Part shown: positions 9,445 to 19,605 of the stretch, one piece after another | Layout: each line of letters begins with the position of its first letter | Position numbering within the stretch: position 1 is the first letter of the stretch | Virus record (IMG/VR): IMGVR_UViG_3300008255_000002 | Strand: one strand, 5' to 3' | Length of the DNA: 64,000 nucleotides | DNA from: a virus | The notes under the pieces: model-generated | The model's input: the letters and a program-made list of their open reading frames with translations, nothing else | What the model was told of the DNA's origin: nothing | Database searches by the model: none | Position numbers and translations under genes: made by a program

Positions 9445-10591
9445 TATAAATCTCTAATATCCTTAAATTTCCACCAAATTCTACTTGACCATCAAGATTA
9501 AAGAACCCCGAATTCACCTGTAGTGGTAGATGGTTAGGGTTTCTATGTCCTACTACACTATAGTGGTTTTTCGGCATTGTTTCGTGCCAAATTTTCGCGC
9601 ACTGGTCAACTTCTTCATAGGAACCAACCCCCTTAACTAACTGTTCTGTTGCGATAGCTAATAAATTTTCGGGAAGTGTTGGTAATCCTCCATGAGTCGC
9701 CAAAAAATAATTTTCGTGAAATTTAAAATAGCAAAGTTGCGCAAATCTTCTGGTCCATTCGCGAAGATCGCTTTTATTAAATTTTTTCAGTTTCTCGGTG
9801 GTATTTTTTTTAAATTCACCACTAAAGATTTCTTTTTCTTGGTTGTTCGCGTATAAATATGTCCACTGGTCATGATTGCCTAAAACCATACATACGTTAG
9901 ATTTATTATAAATTGATAGTGCGAATTCAACACATTGTTCTTCTTGTAATCCACGATCTACCCAATCACCCAAAAAGATATAGAAGTAATTTTCATTAAA
10001 TGGATTTTGTGTGAAATATTCATTAAGAGGTTCCCAACAACCATGAATATCTCCAATTAGAACAACCTTTTCATATTTAGATAAATCTCTTGGTTCATAT
10101 TTAAATGTTTCGTAAAACTCAGATGGTTTAATCGTTTTACACCAATTGGGCGGTTTTTGAGTCGCGAAGCGACTATACATATTATCAATTACATTTTCCG
10201 GCACAACCTTATATGATGGTGTACGATTTTTATTGCGACTTTTAGTGACTTCTATCGACACATCAGAAAAATCAATGCAATATGCACGATAACGATATTT
10301 TTCAACAAGAGTTTTATATTTACTGAAATCTTTGGTTTTTGAGTGGGTTGCATCTACAAAAATTAATTCGCCCCGCTTCATCCTTTCCTCTAACACACTA
10401 AATAATGTTTTCCATACAGAATTATCATTTTTTTGAGATATACCAAATTTTCCATCAACTTGCATAATTGGGGGTTGTGTAAGTAATCGGATATCATCAG
10501 CACATATTGTATATTCAGACAGGTTGTTATCTTTAATCCAGGTTGATTTTCCGCAACCCGGACTTCCGCGAAGTATATATATAACTCTCAT
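9419..10591 (-). CDS. Polynucleotide kinase (AAA_33) plus metallophosphoesterase
   Basis: GSPGCGKS Walker A, ADDIR, VDATH; GDIHG, GDWVDRG, GNHD, THGG, GHRN. Confidence 0.92.
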   Translation of the reverse strand: MRVIYILRGSPGCGKSTWIKDNNLSEYTICADDIRLLTQPPIMQVDGKFGISQKNDNSVWKTLFSVLEERMKRGELIFVDATHSKTKDFSKYKTLVEKYRYRAYCIDFSDVSIEVTKSRNKNRTPSYKVVPENVIDNMYSRFATQKPPNWCKTIKPSEFYETFKYEPRDLSKYEKVVLIGDIHGCWEPLNEYFTQNPFNENYFYIFLGDWVDRGLQEEQCVEFALSIYNKSNVCMVLGNHDQWTYLYANNQEKEIFSGEFKKNTTEKLKKFNKSDLREWTRRFAQLCYFKFHENYFLATHGGLPTLPENLLAIATEQLVKGVGSYEEVDQCAKIWHETMPKNHYSVVGHRNPNHLPLQVNSGFFNLDGQVEFGGNLRILEIYNESCCNNS

Positions 10592-10731
10592 TTTCTAGCC
10601 CATTCAATAACAGAGATTATTAGTGCTCCAAACGCAAATCCAACCATCATCATATAGATTATAATATTAAGTTTGATAAAGATACCAGTAATTAAACCAA
10701 TGATAATAGCCAAAAGTATTATATCAAGCAT
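10588..10731 (-). CDS. 47-aa membrane protein
   Basis: Read manually: MLDIILLAIIIGLITGIFIKLNIIIYMMMVGFAFGALIISVIEWARK; fills the gap exactly with overlapping stop/start. Confidence 0.55.
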   Translation of the reverse strand: MLDIILLAIIIGLITGIFIKLNIIIYMMMVGFAFGALIISVIEWARK

Positions 10732-11173
10732 CGCCAAATTCCTTTTTTAATCGTTTATATTCTGCGAGCTTGTTCTTTTTTTGAAGTTCTAATTGTTTTT
10801 TCTCATATTCTAACTCTTCTTCTGTGTGTTCTCGATATCCGAAAATCGCAAGTTCTTTTCCATCTCCATATTGTTCATCTACAGATTCTAATACAAATTT
10901 ATGAAATATCAATTCTTTTGTGTGTGGTTTTCCTATCGAATGACTTTCCCAAAAACCTCCAGGTGGTATAGGACGCCATATAACTTTAATTGGTTTACCG
11001 ATATTAGTTTGGTATTTATTATATATATCTTGAATCTTTTTAAGAACCTCGGATAATTCCCCCTCAAAATCATATATCTGAAATCTTTCAATTTCTTGTC
11101 TACAAAGTCGCAGTTTATCCATTTTTTCTCCTAAGAAAATCAAATTTGTCATCAGATTTCCAGCTTTCAGCAT
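10724..11173 (-). CDS. Hypothetical protein
   Basis: ORF with C-terminal coiled coil; likely start MDKLRL. Confidence 0.55.
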   Translation of the reverse strand: MLKAGNLMTNLIFLGEKMDKLRLCRQEIERFQIYDFEGELSEVLKKIQDIYNKYQTNIGKPIKVIWRPIPPGGFWESHSIGKPHTKELIFHKFVLESVDEQYGDGKELAIFGYREHTEEELEYEKKQLELQKKNKLAEYKRLKKEFGDA

Positions 11174-11594
11174 AATACGGTAAATCGCTATTTGGCATTA
11201 CAAGCAAACGAATTTTTGCACCATCTTTATCGCCAACATATCCGATAAAATCATCTATTAGAATATCAATATCTAGTTGTTTACACAACTCTGCTTTACA
11301 GGCTTCGCTATATTTTTCGTAATCCGCACTATAAACATTATCAGGATCTACTAGTATTGGACATAAATAGTTGCTTCGCAACATTTCTACAATTTTATCT
11401 TTTGGGTGCATATCACTAATTACATATATTGAAACTAATCCGCTATGTTCTAATGCTCTGATAAGTGTGTAAAATTCTTTAGGATATTTAGATAAAACTC
11501 CACCAACATCAATAGCCGTATTACAATTACAAAGAACTAAATCTAATTCAAAAATACAATGATGTTTCACATCTAATATTTCATAAATATCCAT
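11115..11594 (-). CDS. HAD-like (5'-nucleotidase-type) protein
   Basis: AIDVGGVL, YVIS, K..LC..L.IDILIDD. Confidence 0.55.
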   Translation of the reverse strand: MDIYEILDVKHHCIFELDLVLCNCNTAIDVGGVLSKYPKEFYTLIRALEHSGLVSIYVISDMHPKDKIVEMLRSNYLCPILVDPDNVYSADYEKYSEACKAELCKQLDIDILIDDFIGYVGDKDGAKIRLLVMPNSDLPYYAESWKSDDKFDFLRRKNG

Positions 11595-12835
11595 TAACTT
11601 ATTTCCTCTGTATCAACATATTGATCGTCTGCTTTAGCCAAATCTTCCATAACAAGAAAATTAAAATTCTTATGTTTGTATGTTTCAAATTTTGATGTGT
11701 GATTTCTTCTAACACAACATCCCTCTAAATAATGGTTTCCCATAGGATCTGGACCATCACCCAAAACCCTCACTTTTTCTAAAAGTTCTTCTGGATCACC
11801 ATTATATATAAAACGATCAAGTTCAACAGGTGTTTTAACTCCTAATTCATCAGCACGTTTTACAACATCATCCCAAGGTAAATCTATTTGTATTCCTTCT
11901 GGATTAACATACACAACCCTATATAATAGAACCTTAAATTCACCCTCGCGACAACCATAATTATAAATCATTTTAGATCCATATTTGGTTGTAAATTCTT
12001 TATCTTTGAGTTTGGTTGTGTCGTGCGATGGCATTATTGGGACTGGTCCGTCAAAACCCACAATCTCATAATACAAAATTTCGTTTTTATTCAGCTTCCC
12101 ATCAAAATATTCGTTGATTTTTTTTCTTAGATCATTATTAACTACCTTATTATCTTCTGTTAAAATAACATTACGACTACCACTAATAGTTTGATATGTT
12201 TGGTTAGGAAAGATATTATATAAACGATTAACGAGTTGTTTCCATTTTGGTAATTCAATATTGTGTAATACGTGTGCTGTGCGTCCTGAACTTCCGTGAG
12301 ATTTTTGAGTTATGACAAGAAAATCGCCATTTTTAAATTTATGAGGAAAGTATTTGATATTTTCCGTATCTATATGTTTTCTAAAGTAAATTGTTTCTCT
12401 GCGAACTTTTATTTTTTTGGAGTTTTCTGTCATGTTTTGACGTGTTGCTTTAGCGTAATATTTTTCACAAATACGAATATTGTTAACAACATCTCCGCGA
12501 AATCCCACATCAAGACTATCTGTTGTTTCTTTTCCTACTATTTTTTCCAAATATGATATAGGACAAACCAAACCCTCCGATATCGCTCCACGGAATTTTT
12601 GTGCCCTAATTCTTAGATTTTGTTCCAAATATCCGCCAAGTGGTCGCGTTAGTTTATTGGTTTCGGCAAACTCTTTTGAAACACAACCGTCTACAGGAAA
12701 AAATAAAACTTTATCCCCTTCTTTCGCATCCAACCCAACCACACATTGAGATCCAAGAACCTCACATAGTTGAATTCTGTCGGCGTTTGGATGAGCGTAT
12801 ACTTTTTTGATCGTTGTAAGATAGAAATAATACAT
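11594..12835 (-). CDS. RNA ligase, DRB0094/Rnl5-like
   Basis: N-terminal OB domain (HPNADRI, KFRG.ISEGL), TQKSHGSS motif I, SGSRN, YYEIVG, EGCCVR, YKHK. Confidence 0.85.
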   Translation of the reverse strand: MYYFYLTTIKKVYAHPNADRIQLCEVLGSQCVVGLDAKEGDKVLFFPVDGCVSKEFAETNKLTRPLGGYLEQNLRIRAQKFRGAISEGLVCPISYLEKIVGKETTDSLDVGFRGDVVNNIRICEKYYAKATRQNMTENSKKIKVRRETIYFRKHIDTENIKYFPHKFKNGDFLVITQKSHGSSGRTAHVLHNIELPKWKQLVNRLYNIFPNQTYQTISGSRNVILTEDNKVVNNDLRKKINEYFDGKLNKNEILYYEIVGFDGPVPIMPSHDTTKLKDKEFTTKYGSKMIYNYGCREGEFKVLLYRVVYVNPEGIQIDLPWDDVVKRADELGVKTPVELDRFIYNGDPEELLEKVRVLGDGPDPMGNHYLEGCCVRRNHTSKFETYKHKNFNFLVMEDLAKADDQYVDTEEIS

Positions 12836-12836
12836 A

Positions 12837-13221
12837 TTAATCCTCTATAATATTAATATATGCGTACTCACCAAATAATTCTTTTGTTTTTTCTTTATTA
12901 TCATCAAAAAGAATTTCTTCTTTATTTGTAAATCTAAATAAATAATAATTACCAAGGTTGAGAAGTCTTCCATCTCCAACTTTTACAGAAGTTTTTCGGT
13001 ATGATATATCGTGCCAACCTAATTGTTTTAGTTTTTCCTTAACGTCTAATATTGCTAATTTTAGAATTTCTTCATTTGTTATAATAGCATCTATATAAAA
13101 AAAAATCTATTCCTTTTTTCATCGCATGGTTTATATTAAATTCAATAACGTTAATTATTTTTTCTTTTTCTATTTTAATTAATTGTAATTTTTTCTGATT
13201 AAATTGTTCTGGAGTCATCAT
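12837..13221 (-). pseudogene. Hypothetical gene frameshifted in a T9 run, ending in an AP2-type tail
   Basis: Removing one base of the run at 13097-13105 gives a 127-aa ORF that fills the gap and ends KEKTKELFGEYAYINIIED. Confidence 0.65.
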
Positions 13222-13444
13222 TTTTAAATTCCAATTTACGAAGTATTTCAAGTTCTTTCTTTAAATCTTCCAACCAATGAGATAGATCACATGTCATTCT
13301 ATTACAACTTTCTCTACCAACCAATTTAAGATGTTCATGAATAATACTATCCGCCTCATCTCGTTGTTCTTCTAACCAAAAATAATAAGTCTTTCCTTTA
13401 GAAACTTGTCTGCGCAATTCTTTACAATTTTCACAAGGTTTCAT
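13199..13444 (-). CDS. Hypothetical protein
   Basis: 81-aa ORF, CENC. Confidence 0.5.
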   Translation of the reverse strand: MKPCENCKELRRQVSKGKTYYFWLEEQRDEADSIIHEHLKLVGRESCNRMTCDLSHWLEDLKKELEILRKLEFKNDDSRTI

Positions 13445-13922
13445 TACACTTCCTTATATATGAAACTGTTTCTAATACTGTGTTTACCGCCACACACAAT
13501 TTATTTTCCCTAACAAACCTTATTGCAATTCCCATAGCTTTATTGTGAACTTCACAATTTTGTATCTGTTCATATTCTGATCCGTCAGAATTTAATAATC
13601 TTCCTAAAAACTCTTCGTCAGTTAGTTCATTAGGGAGGAATCCTTGTAAGAATTCATTTTCTTGTTTTATATCTCCGCGAATCTCATGTCTCATTTTACA
13701 CAATTTATATGTTTCGTTATTTGATTTAACAAGCTTTTTAATTACTTTGATAATCCATTCGTCGTTTACCTTTTTGCCGCGACCTTCCTCTAACTGAACC
13801 TGTCCTATAATATATCTTAATATATCTCGTTGATATACTGGTAATAATCCCTTATTCGCCTCACTTAATAAATTAGTCAGTTGTGTTTTTAGATTCATTT
13901 TCAAATTCCAATGGGGTTTCAA
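13431..13922 (-). CDS. GatB/YqeY-like domain protein
   Basis: ILRYIIGQVQ, IIKVIKKLVKS..ET, E.EFLQGFLP.ELTDEE, MG. Confidence 0.62.
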   Translation of the reverse strand: MKPHWNLKMNLKTQLTNLLSEANKGLLPVYQRDILRYIIGQVQLEEGRGKKVNDEWIIKVIKKLVKSNNETYKLCKMRHEIRGDIKQENEFLQGFLPNELTDEEFLGRLLNSDGSEYEQIQNCEVHNKAMGIAIRFVRENKLCVAVNTVLETVSYIRKCNETL

Positions 13923-14760
13923 GGTGCGTGCAATTTACATTTCTTGTTAAATAATTAATAACGGGGTATAGACCTATTATATTACCAGAAAGATATTTTT
14001 GATTTAATTCTTCTACTGTATATGAATGATATAATCCGTGTTTGTTTCCCCAACCAGCGACATCATTAAGAGGGCACGCTACTAAACATTGTTTTTTTGG
14101 CGCAAAAACATTTGGTGGTAATTCTTTAACACGATTACTTAGCGATGCCTCTAAACTGTTTGGATTTTCCCACCATGTAGTTTCATAAAAATCTCTAATT
14201 AGATCGCTTCTAAATATATGTCCATCCACACTAAATATATATCCATAAGTTGAATGCTGAGGATATGGATAGTGGTTCCATTTAATAAATCCTCCACAAT
14301 CGACATATTCTAATGATGGAAGTTTATCATTTAAGTAATATGTCTGTATTGTTGTATTTAACCCAACTCGTAATGACACACAACAACTATCATCGTAATT
14401 TAATAAATCGTATATTTGATCTAACGTAAAATGTCTATATATAGGATTAAAGAAAACACAATCATCAGTCATAAAGCATGTTAATTGGTGCGAGTTTTTT
14501 TCTTCTGAGATTTCGTCTAATAAAGTTTCTCTAAAATTAAATCCATATTGGCTCTCATATCTAATTTTAAAGTTAGGGTATCCATAATCTTCTTTTCCAC
14601 TTTTGTATTGCAACCTCTTATAAGATTCAGTAAAAAAGAAATTACTCGCCTTAGTTATAATAGATATATCAAAATAATTTTTTGCATTTGTATGTATGGA
14701 TCTCAATAAGAGGTCTAATTGTGACGCTCTATCTTTTGAAAAGATTACTAGTTTGATCAT
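13873..14760 (-). CDS. Putative GT-A glycosyltransferase
   Basis: IFSKDRASQL.LLL.SI, CFMTDD (DxD-like), SLRVG; located in GT cluster. Confidence 0.55.
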   Translation of the reverse strand: MIKLVIFSKDRASQLDLLLRSIHTNAKNYFDISIITKASNFFFTESYKRLQYKSGKEDYGYPNFKIRYESQYGFNFRETLLDEISEEKNSHQLTCFMTDDCVFFNPIYRHFTLDQIYDLLNYDDSCCVSLRVGLNTTIQTYYLNDKLPSLEYVDCGGFIKWNHYPYPQHSTYGYIFSVDGHIFRSDLIRDFYETTWWENPNSLEASLSNRVKELPPNVFAPKKQCLVACPLNDVAGWGNKHGLYHSYTVEELNQKYLSGNIIGLYPVINYLTRNVNCTHLETPLEFENESKNTTD

Positions 14761-15850
14761 TCTTTATCCTTGATTGCATGTCGGGAATTATGTTAGAGTT
14801 TTGTTTGATAATATTATTTAGATTTATCGTATCGTCAATCTTCCCTAAATAACTCATGATATCCCTTATTCTCGAAAAATAGTTTCCATTGCTATAGGCG
14901 TACTCAATTCCTCTTAATCTATAGCGCATAGTTTCTTCGGGATTATCCAAAAAATTTCTAACTTGCTCGAAAAACTCTTCTTGATCACAACTTACAACAA
15001 TTTCATCGTTAATAAAAATTTCTTCCAAAGATTCGCAATATTGAGAAATACAAAACCCGCCACTAGATAAAATTTTGTAAATTCTTTCCGAGACATCAAA
15101 CCCATATTTTACAAGAGGTTCAAATACACTAGGGCATATTTTTGCTGAATAATATAAATTCTTAACGTGTTGTGTATCTATTGGTCCTAAATGTTGGGCT
15201 ACAGGATAATTTCCATAACCAAATAATTTTACATTTAAATCTTGATTACATAGAGGTAATAGATATTTCTTCATATTAACTGCTTTATAATCCCACCACC
15301 CACCAACCCAAGCGATATCAGATTTTAATTTTTCATCATATTCCCCTAAAGCATAATCATATAAATCTGCCGCAAGAGGAATACCAATTGGTTCTAGTCC
15401 AATTTCTCTCCATCCTCCATTTGTTCTGTTTGCCCATTTTTGAGTATAGGCAACAAAACAATATTTAATGTTATGTAATTTAACTAGTTCCTCAACCCAT
15501 CTTTTTTCTTGTTCATTTGCGATTAAAACACCATCATTAACAGTATCTATTTCTTGTATATCGTTATTTTCAAAATAAATTTTGTTATCCCAATTAGGAC
15601 ACCAAAGAATAATTTCTATATTTTCGCAAGCTTTCAATGCTTTCATTAGGGGGCGGTCAATCTGATAAGAACCTAACATAATTGTTGTTGGTTTAAATTT
15701 ATTAAACACATCAATAATAGATTCTTTAGATTCTTGATCGTAAAAATATAACTTATATCCAATAGCCTGAAAAACTTTTGCTTGTCCTAGCCTAATAAAA
15801 TGATTGGCACTCAATCCATTAAATACTATTAATCTTTTATTTTGTATCAT
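14729..15850 (-). CDS. Glycosyltransferase (CgeB/Glyco_trans_1_2-like)
   Basis: PLAAD, DIAWVG, LYYSAKIC, ERIYKILSSGGFCIS. Confidence 0.8.
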   Translation of the reverse strand: MIQNKRLIVFNGLSANHFIRLGQAKVFQAIGYKLYFYDQESKESIIDVFNKFKPTTIMLGSYQIDRPLMKALKACENIEIILWCPNWDNKIYFENNDIQEIDTVNDGVLIANEQEKRWVEELVKLHNIKYCFVAYTQKWANRTNGGWREIGLEPIGIPLAADLYDYALGEYDEKLKSDIAWVGGWWDYKAVNMKKYLLPLCNQDLNVKLFGYGNYPVAQHLGPIDTQHVKNLYYSAKICPSVFEPLVKYGFDVSERIYKILSSGGFCISQYCESLEEIFINDEIVVSCDQEEFFEQVRNFLDNPEETMRYRLRGIEYAYSNGNYFSRIRDIMSYLGKIDDTINLNNIIKQNSNIIPDMQSRIKNDQTSNLFKR

Positions 15851-15920
15851 AATACCACTCTTTTATTTTTGTAAATTTTTTCTGTATATCCAAACCACTT
15901 AATGATCACTTTATATTTTT

Positions 15921-16538
15921 TTATGATCTATAACTTACCTCTTTAATATTGCTATCTCTTGCTATAAATTTTCCGCCATTATCGATAACTTCTTTTAATA
16001 GTTCGTGAGAACACCAAAAATCTTTAATTTTAACAGATTTTGCTAGAGCTAATTCTTTGCCGGTTAAAAAAGATAGTTGTGCCCATTTATCATGATTTGT
16101 ATAATTAAATCCAATAACAAAATTATTTAATATATTCAACCCTATCTTTATTTTATCTATTTGTTGGGTTTTAGTTATGAAAGATTTTAAATCTGTCGCA
16201 TACAAATCAAAAATATCTAAAACAACATCTCCATGTATAATCATGGCGGATTTTTTTGTTGATAACTCTAAACATTTCTTAGCTGTATAAGCTGCTCCTT
16301 TTTTTTTATATTTTTTGTTTTCATAATATTTTACTTTATAATCTTTTAATGTTTTTTTAATTAGTTCGTTTTTATATCCAACCCCTACAATAATCTCGTA
16401 GAAATTATCGTTTTGGTATATATAATTTATAGCATTAATAGATTTGATAATATTATTATTAACTAAACACTTGGGAATTTTTCTTTCTCCAACGTCTGCG
16501 CCCGCGCATAAAAAAATAAAACTTATTCCTTTATCCAT
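15921..16538 (-). CDS. Sugar/phosphocholine nucleotidyltransferase (NTP_transferase, LicC-like)
   Basis: FLCAG...PKCL, VGVGYK, EN..Y, IIHGDV. Confidence 0.72.
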   Translation of the reverse strand: MDKGISFIFLCAGADVGERKIPKCLVNNNIIKSINAINYIYQNDNFYEIIVGVGYKNELIKKTLKDYKVKYYENKKYKKKGAAYTAKKCLELSTKKSAMIIHGDVVLDIFDLYATDLKSFITKTQQIDKIKIGLNILNNFVIGFNYTNHDKWAQLSFLTGKELALAKSVKIKDFWCSHELLKEVIDNGGKFIARDSNIKEVSYRS

Positions 16539-17308
16539 TTTTTATATTTCTCCCACATTAGTTGGTATTGTTTTGTATGGAACTCATTAGAATATCCAAC
16601 TGTTGTATTTTTGGGTGTAACCCTAACCCTTACTAAAGGTTCTGGAATATGAACACATATAAAAAATCTTGAAATTTTAAGCCACATTAAATAATCTTCT
16701 TTTGGGTATACATCCTCATCAAATAATCCAACTTTTTCTAATGCTACTTTTGATATAACTCCACCGCTATGCAAGTGGCAATCTCTCATAAGTAATTCTT
16801 GAGAATATGGAGGTTTAAATTCTAGTGTTTTGGTTCCTTCTTCTGGACACTCAATATAATAATCTGTATGAACAGATCCTATTAATTCTGGATGTTCTTG
16901 GATTTTAGCAACACACTTTTCTATTTTAGTTGGTAGCATAATATCATCGGCATCAAGTATAGCAAAATATTCGCATCCATCTTTTAACGCTTGTTCTATA
17001 GCGATATTTCTTGCGTGCCCTTGTTTAACATTAACTCTTGTTGACCAAAATTTAATAGTTCTATTATTAAATTGTCCGCCACTATCTTCTTTGAAAAAGA
17101 TACCTCCTGTATGTTCCCAATAATTTTCCCCTAATAAACTCTTAATTTTTTCTACTGAATCGTCTGTGCTACAATCATCAACAACATATATATTGATATT
17201 GTCGTATGTTTGATTTGCGGCACTTTCGATTGCCTCACAAACAAATTCTCCGTAGTTATAATTAGTTAATATTATACATGCTTTTGGAAATTCTTTGTCT
17301 GATTTCAT
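16523..17308 (-). CDS. GT2 glycosyltransferase
   Basis: TNYNY, VVDDCSTDDS, ARN, ILDADD, EDYLMWLK. Confidence 0.93.
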   Translation of the reverse strand: MKSDKEFPKACIILTNYNYGEFVCEAIESAANQTYDNINIYVVDDCSTDDSVEKIKSLLGENYWEHTGGIFFKEDSGGQFNNRTIKFWSTRVNVKQGHARNIAIEQALKDGCEYFAILDADDIMLPTKIEKCVAKIQEHPELIGSVHTDYYIECPEEGTKTLEFKPPYSQELLMRDCHLHSGGVISKVALEKVGLFDEDVYPKEDYLMWLKISRFFICVHIPEPLVRVRVTPKNTTVGYSNEFHTKQYQLMWEKYKKWIKE

Positions 17309-18111
17309 TCATCTTATCCTTTTTTCTAGTAAGCGAGAATTCGTTATGTTTATAAAGATTTTCACAAAGAAATAAAATCTGATTTTGATTGGTTATCATC
17401 CACTGATAACAATTAGTTTTTCCGAGCTTGTACACATTCCCAAAACTATTACCAAGATTTTTCATTATATTTTGTAAAAATAATTCCGATCCCGAACATA
17501 TGGAAAAGGTTGCTCTTGTTTGTTTTTTAGTTGAGTATATACCACAAGTCCCATCTCCGTCAAATAATCCCAATAGGTATGAATATTTATATTTTATTGG
17601 TATATCACATAACCATTCTTTTCCTGTTTTATTTGGTATTATTCCATATTTTGATAAAGTTTCATGAAATTCTGTAGCTCTTATATTTATTCCAACTTGT
17701 TTGTTTTGTTTTTCTGCACCTTTATATTTGTATTTTATAGACCGTAAATATATAGGTTTTGTAGGACATAATTCGTTTTTTATAAAATTTATTATCTCTA
17801 TATCATCAGCCTTACACTTATATACTAGAGTGTAATTATTTTTATTTTTTGATAAACTGCCATCAGCCATAGTATATCCTAATATATAAGCCATTTTAAA
17901 AGACCATTTATTAAAGTAATTACTATTTACTAAATATTTTTTCTCTTTACATAAAAAGGCATCGCTGTAAGACCTTCTTTTAATTCCAAATTTCTTAAGT
18001 TTTTTTTCTAATTGTCTCAACACAAAATCCTAATCCTCTAGATATTTCTAATGTTGATAATTTTTGATTTACATATTTTTCATATAATTCTTTTTTATCT
18101 ATATTTAACAT
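17262..18111 (-). pseudogene. HTH plus LAGLIDADG homing endonuclease frameshifted in an A8 run
   Basis: LGYTMADGS and LLGLFDGDG motifs; N-terminal HTH from ATG 18111 joins after removing one base at 18000-18007. Confidence 0.78.
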
Positions 18112-18123
18112 TTCTTTCTCTAC

Positions 18124-18369
18124 TCATAAAATATAATCCTCTCTAATCAAATCCTCATCAATATTATGAAGTCTATCTTCTAATTTTTTATAAATTTCAA
18201 TTTTGTCAAATTTCGCACATTCTATATCTGACATTACTATTTTTTTATTAAATAAACAATCTTTACAATAACATTCAAAGATATATTTCTTATTTATAAT
18301 TCTGTTATCAATACTATGTCTAATTTTGAAATTATGTTTGCATGTGGACGCATACATTAACGACTCCAA
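18124..18369 (-). CDS. Hypothetical protein
   Basis: 81-aa ORF, CKH...CKDC. Confidence 0.45.
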   Translation of the reverse strand: MESLMYASTCKHNFKIRHSIDNRIINKKYIFECYCKDCLFNKKIVMSDIECAKFDKIEIYKKLEDRLHNIDEDLIREDYIL

Positions 18370-19142
18370 TATTTAATGTGATATTGTTTGCTTTCTTTTT
18401 TCGCCATATATTGAATTTTATTGATGATATCTCCCTCTAATTCACCTTCTGGATCTTTTCCAGTATTTCCTCCAAGCGCAAGATAAAGTTTGCGATTCAC
18501 TAACATATCGTTTGAATTATCGCTATACATGACCAAAGAAATATATTCTAATTCATCGTTATACGATTTATCAAGTCTTTCCGAAAAATCTTCTGGTATG
18601 GTATAACCACTAACAATAAAATAAACAAACATAGAATCAAATCGTTTAATATTAATATCATATAGATATTCTTTGGATTGATTCTTTTCAATTACAAAAT
18701 TGATTTTATAAAGCATTTTCACTTTATGTTTTGTAAAGATTGATGTGATTTCTTTACTAAATGAATAATTGTGATTATTAAGAAGAAAAACTATATTTGT
18801 TGGATGGATTTTTTGTTGGTTGATCGATAAAATTGTGTCTTCTAATTCTTTAATAGAGGTAGATTCGTTAACATATACCATAACCCCATAGTTTACTTTT
18901 GTTTCTTCAATAACAATAGACTTGGTTTGTTCTACAGAATTATAAAGAGTTGTTGTGTGCCGATTACATTTTCGATCAAAGAAAAAAGACCCTTCATCTT
19001 CATCACGAAAAACATCAACTGTGTTTCGTAATTTTTCAGGACGCCCAAACTCACATCCAATTTGCATATTTTGATTATCTCTAATTTGAAATACGCATTC
19101 TTTACAAGACTGTTTCATTTCTTCAATGTTATACCCGCTCAT
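18357..19142 (-). CDS. Hypothetical protein, possible degenerate GT-A domain
   Basis: N-terminal Cys cluster; TILSINQQ..P..IV and LYLALGG resemble GT2. Confidence 0.4.
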   Translation of the reverse strand: MSGYNIEEMKQSCKECVFQIRDNQNMQIGCEFGRPEKLRNTVDVFRDEDEGSFFFDRKCNRHTTTLYNSVEQTKSIVIEETKVNYGVMVYVNESTSIKELEDTILSINQQKIHPTNIVFLLNNHNYSFSKEITSIFTKHKVKMLYKINFVIEKNQSKEYLYDINIKRFDSMFVYFIVSGYTIPEDFSERLDKSYNDELEYISLVMYSDNSNDMLVNRKLYLALGGNTGKDPEGELEGDIINKIQYMAKKESKQYHIKYWSR

Positions 19143-19143
19143 A

Positions 19144-19605
19144 TTAACCCTCTCTAACCAAAGTTAAATAATATCTATTGTTTTCAACTGATTTTTTTAC
19201 AATTTTAAAATTTTTAGTAACTAACGATAATAACTGTTGTATTGATGTTATGGAATTTATATAAGATAAAATTTTATTAAAATCCTGTAATGATGTCGTT
19301 TTATTTCTAATGTTATATAGTAATAAATCTAACTCATAACCAACGATAGTTAACGTGCCGCCAATTGCCGTTTTCTTAAATAAATCCGTTAGGTGTAATA
19401 CAGAACTTTCATAATCCATACTGTCTAATGTATGATATGAATAAAGATTATTTACTTCTCCATCATCGATATCGCTCCAAAAATCATTTGCATCGGCAAC
19501 ATAGCTAGCTCTAGCTTCTGGTTTATGAATCATATCTATATGTATATAATCAACTAATTCTGGAATATCAACCTCTAATTTATTTGTTAATAATATATTG
19601 ATCAT
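19144..19605 (-). CDS. Possible class I SAM methyltransferase-like protein
   Basis: IDDGEVNNLYSYHTLD...L..KTAIGGTLTI resembles Methyltransf_11 core; motif I absent. Confidence 0.45.
   Translation of the reverse strand: MINILLTNKLEVDIPELVDYIHIDMIHKPEARASYVADANDFWSDIDDGEVNNLYSYHTLDSMDYESSVLHLTDLFKKTAIGGTLTIVGYELDLLLYNIRNKTTSLQDFNKILSYINSITSIQQLLSLVTKNFKIVKKSVENNRYYLTLVREG

Noticed and set aside
9203-9452. ATTTATA direct repeat flanking the S4 gene as a target-site duplication
   Set aside because: A 7-bp AT-only match is expected by chance here, and excision would not put Pnk in frame with the ligase
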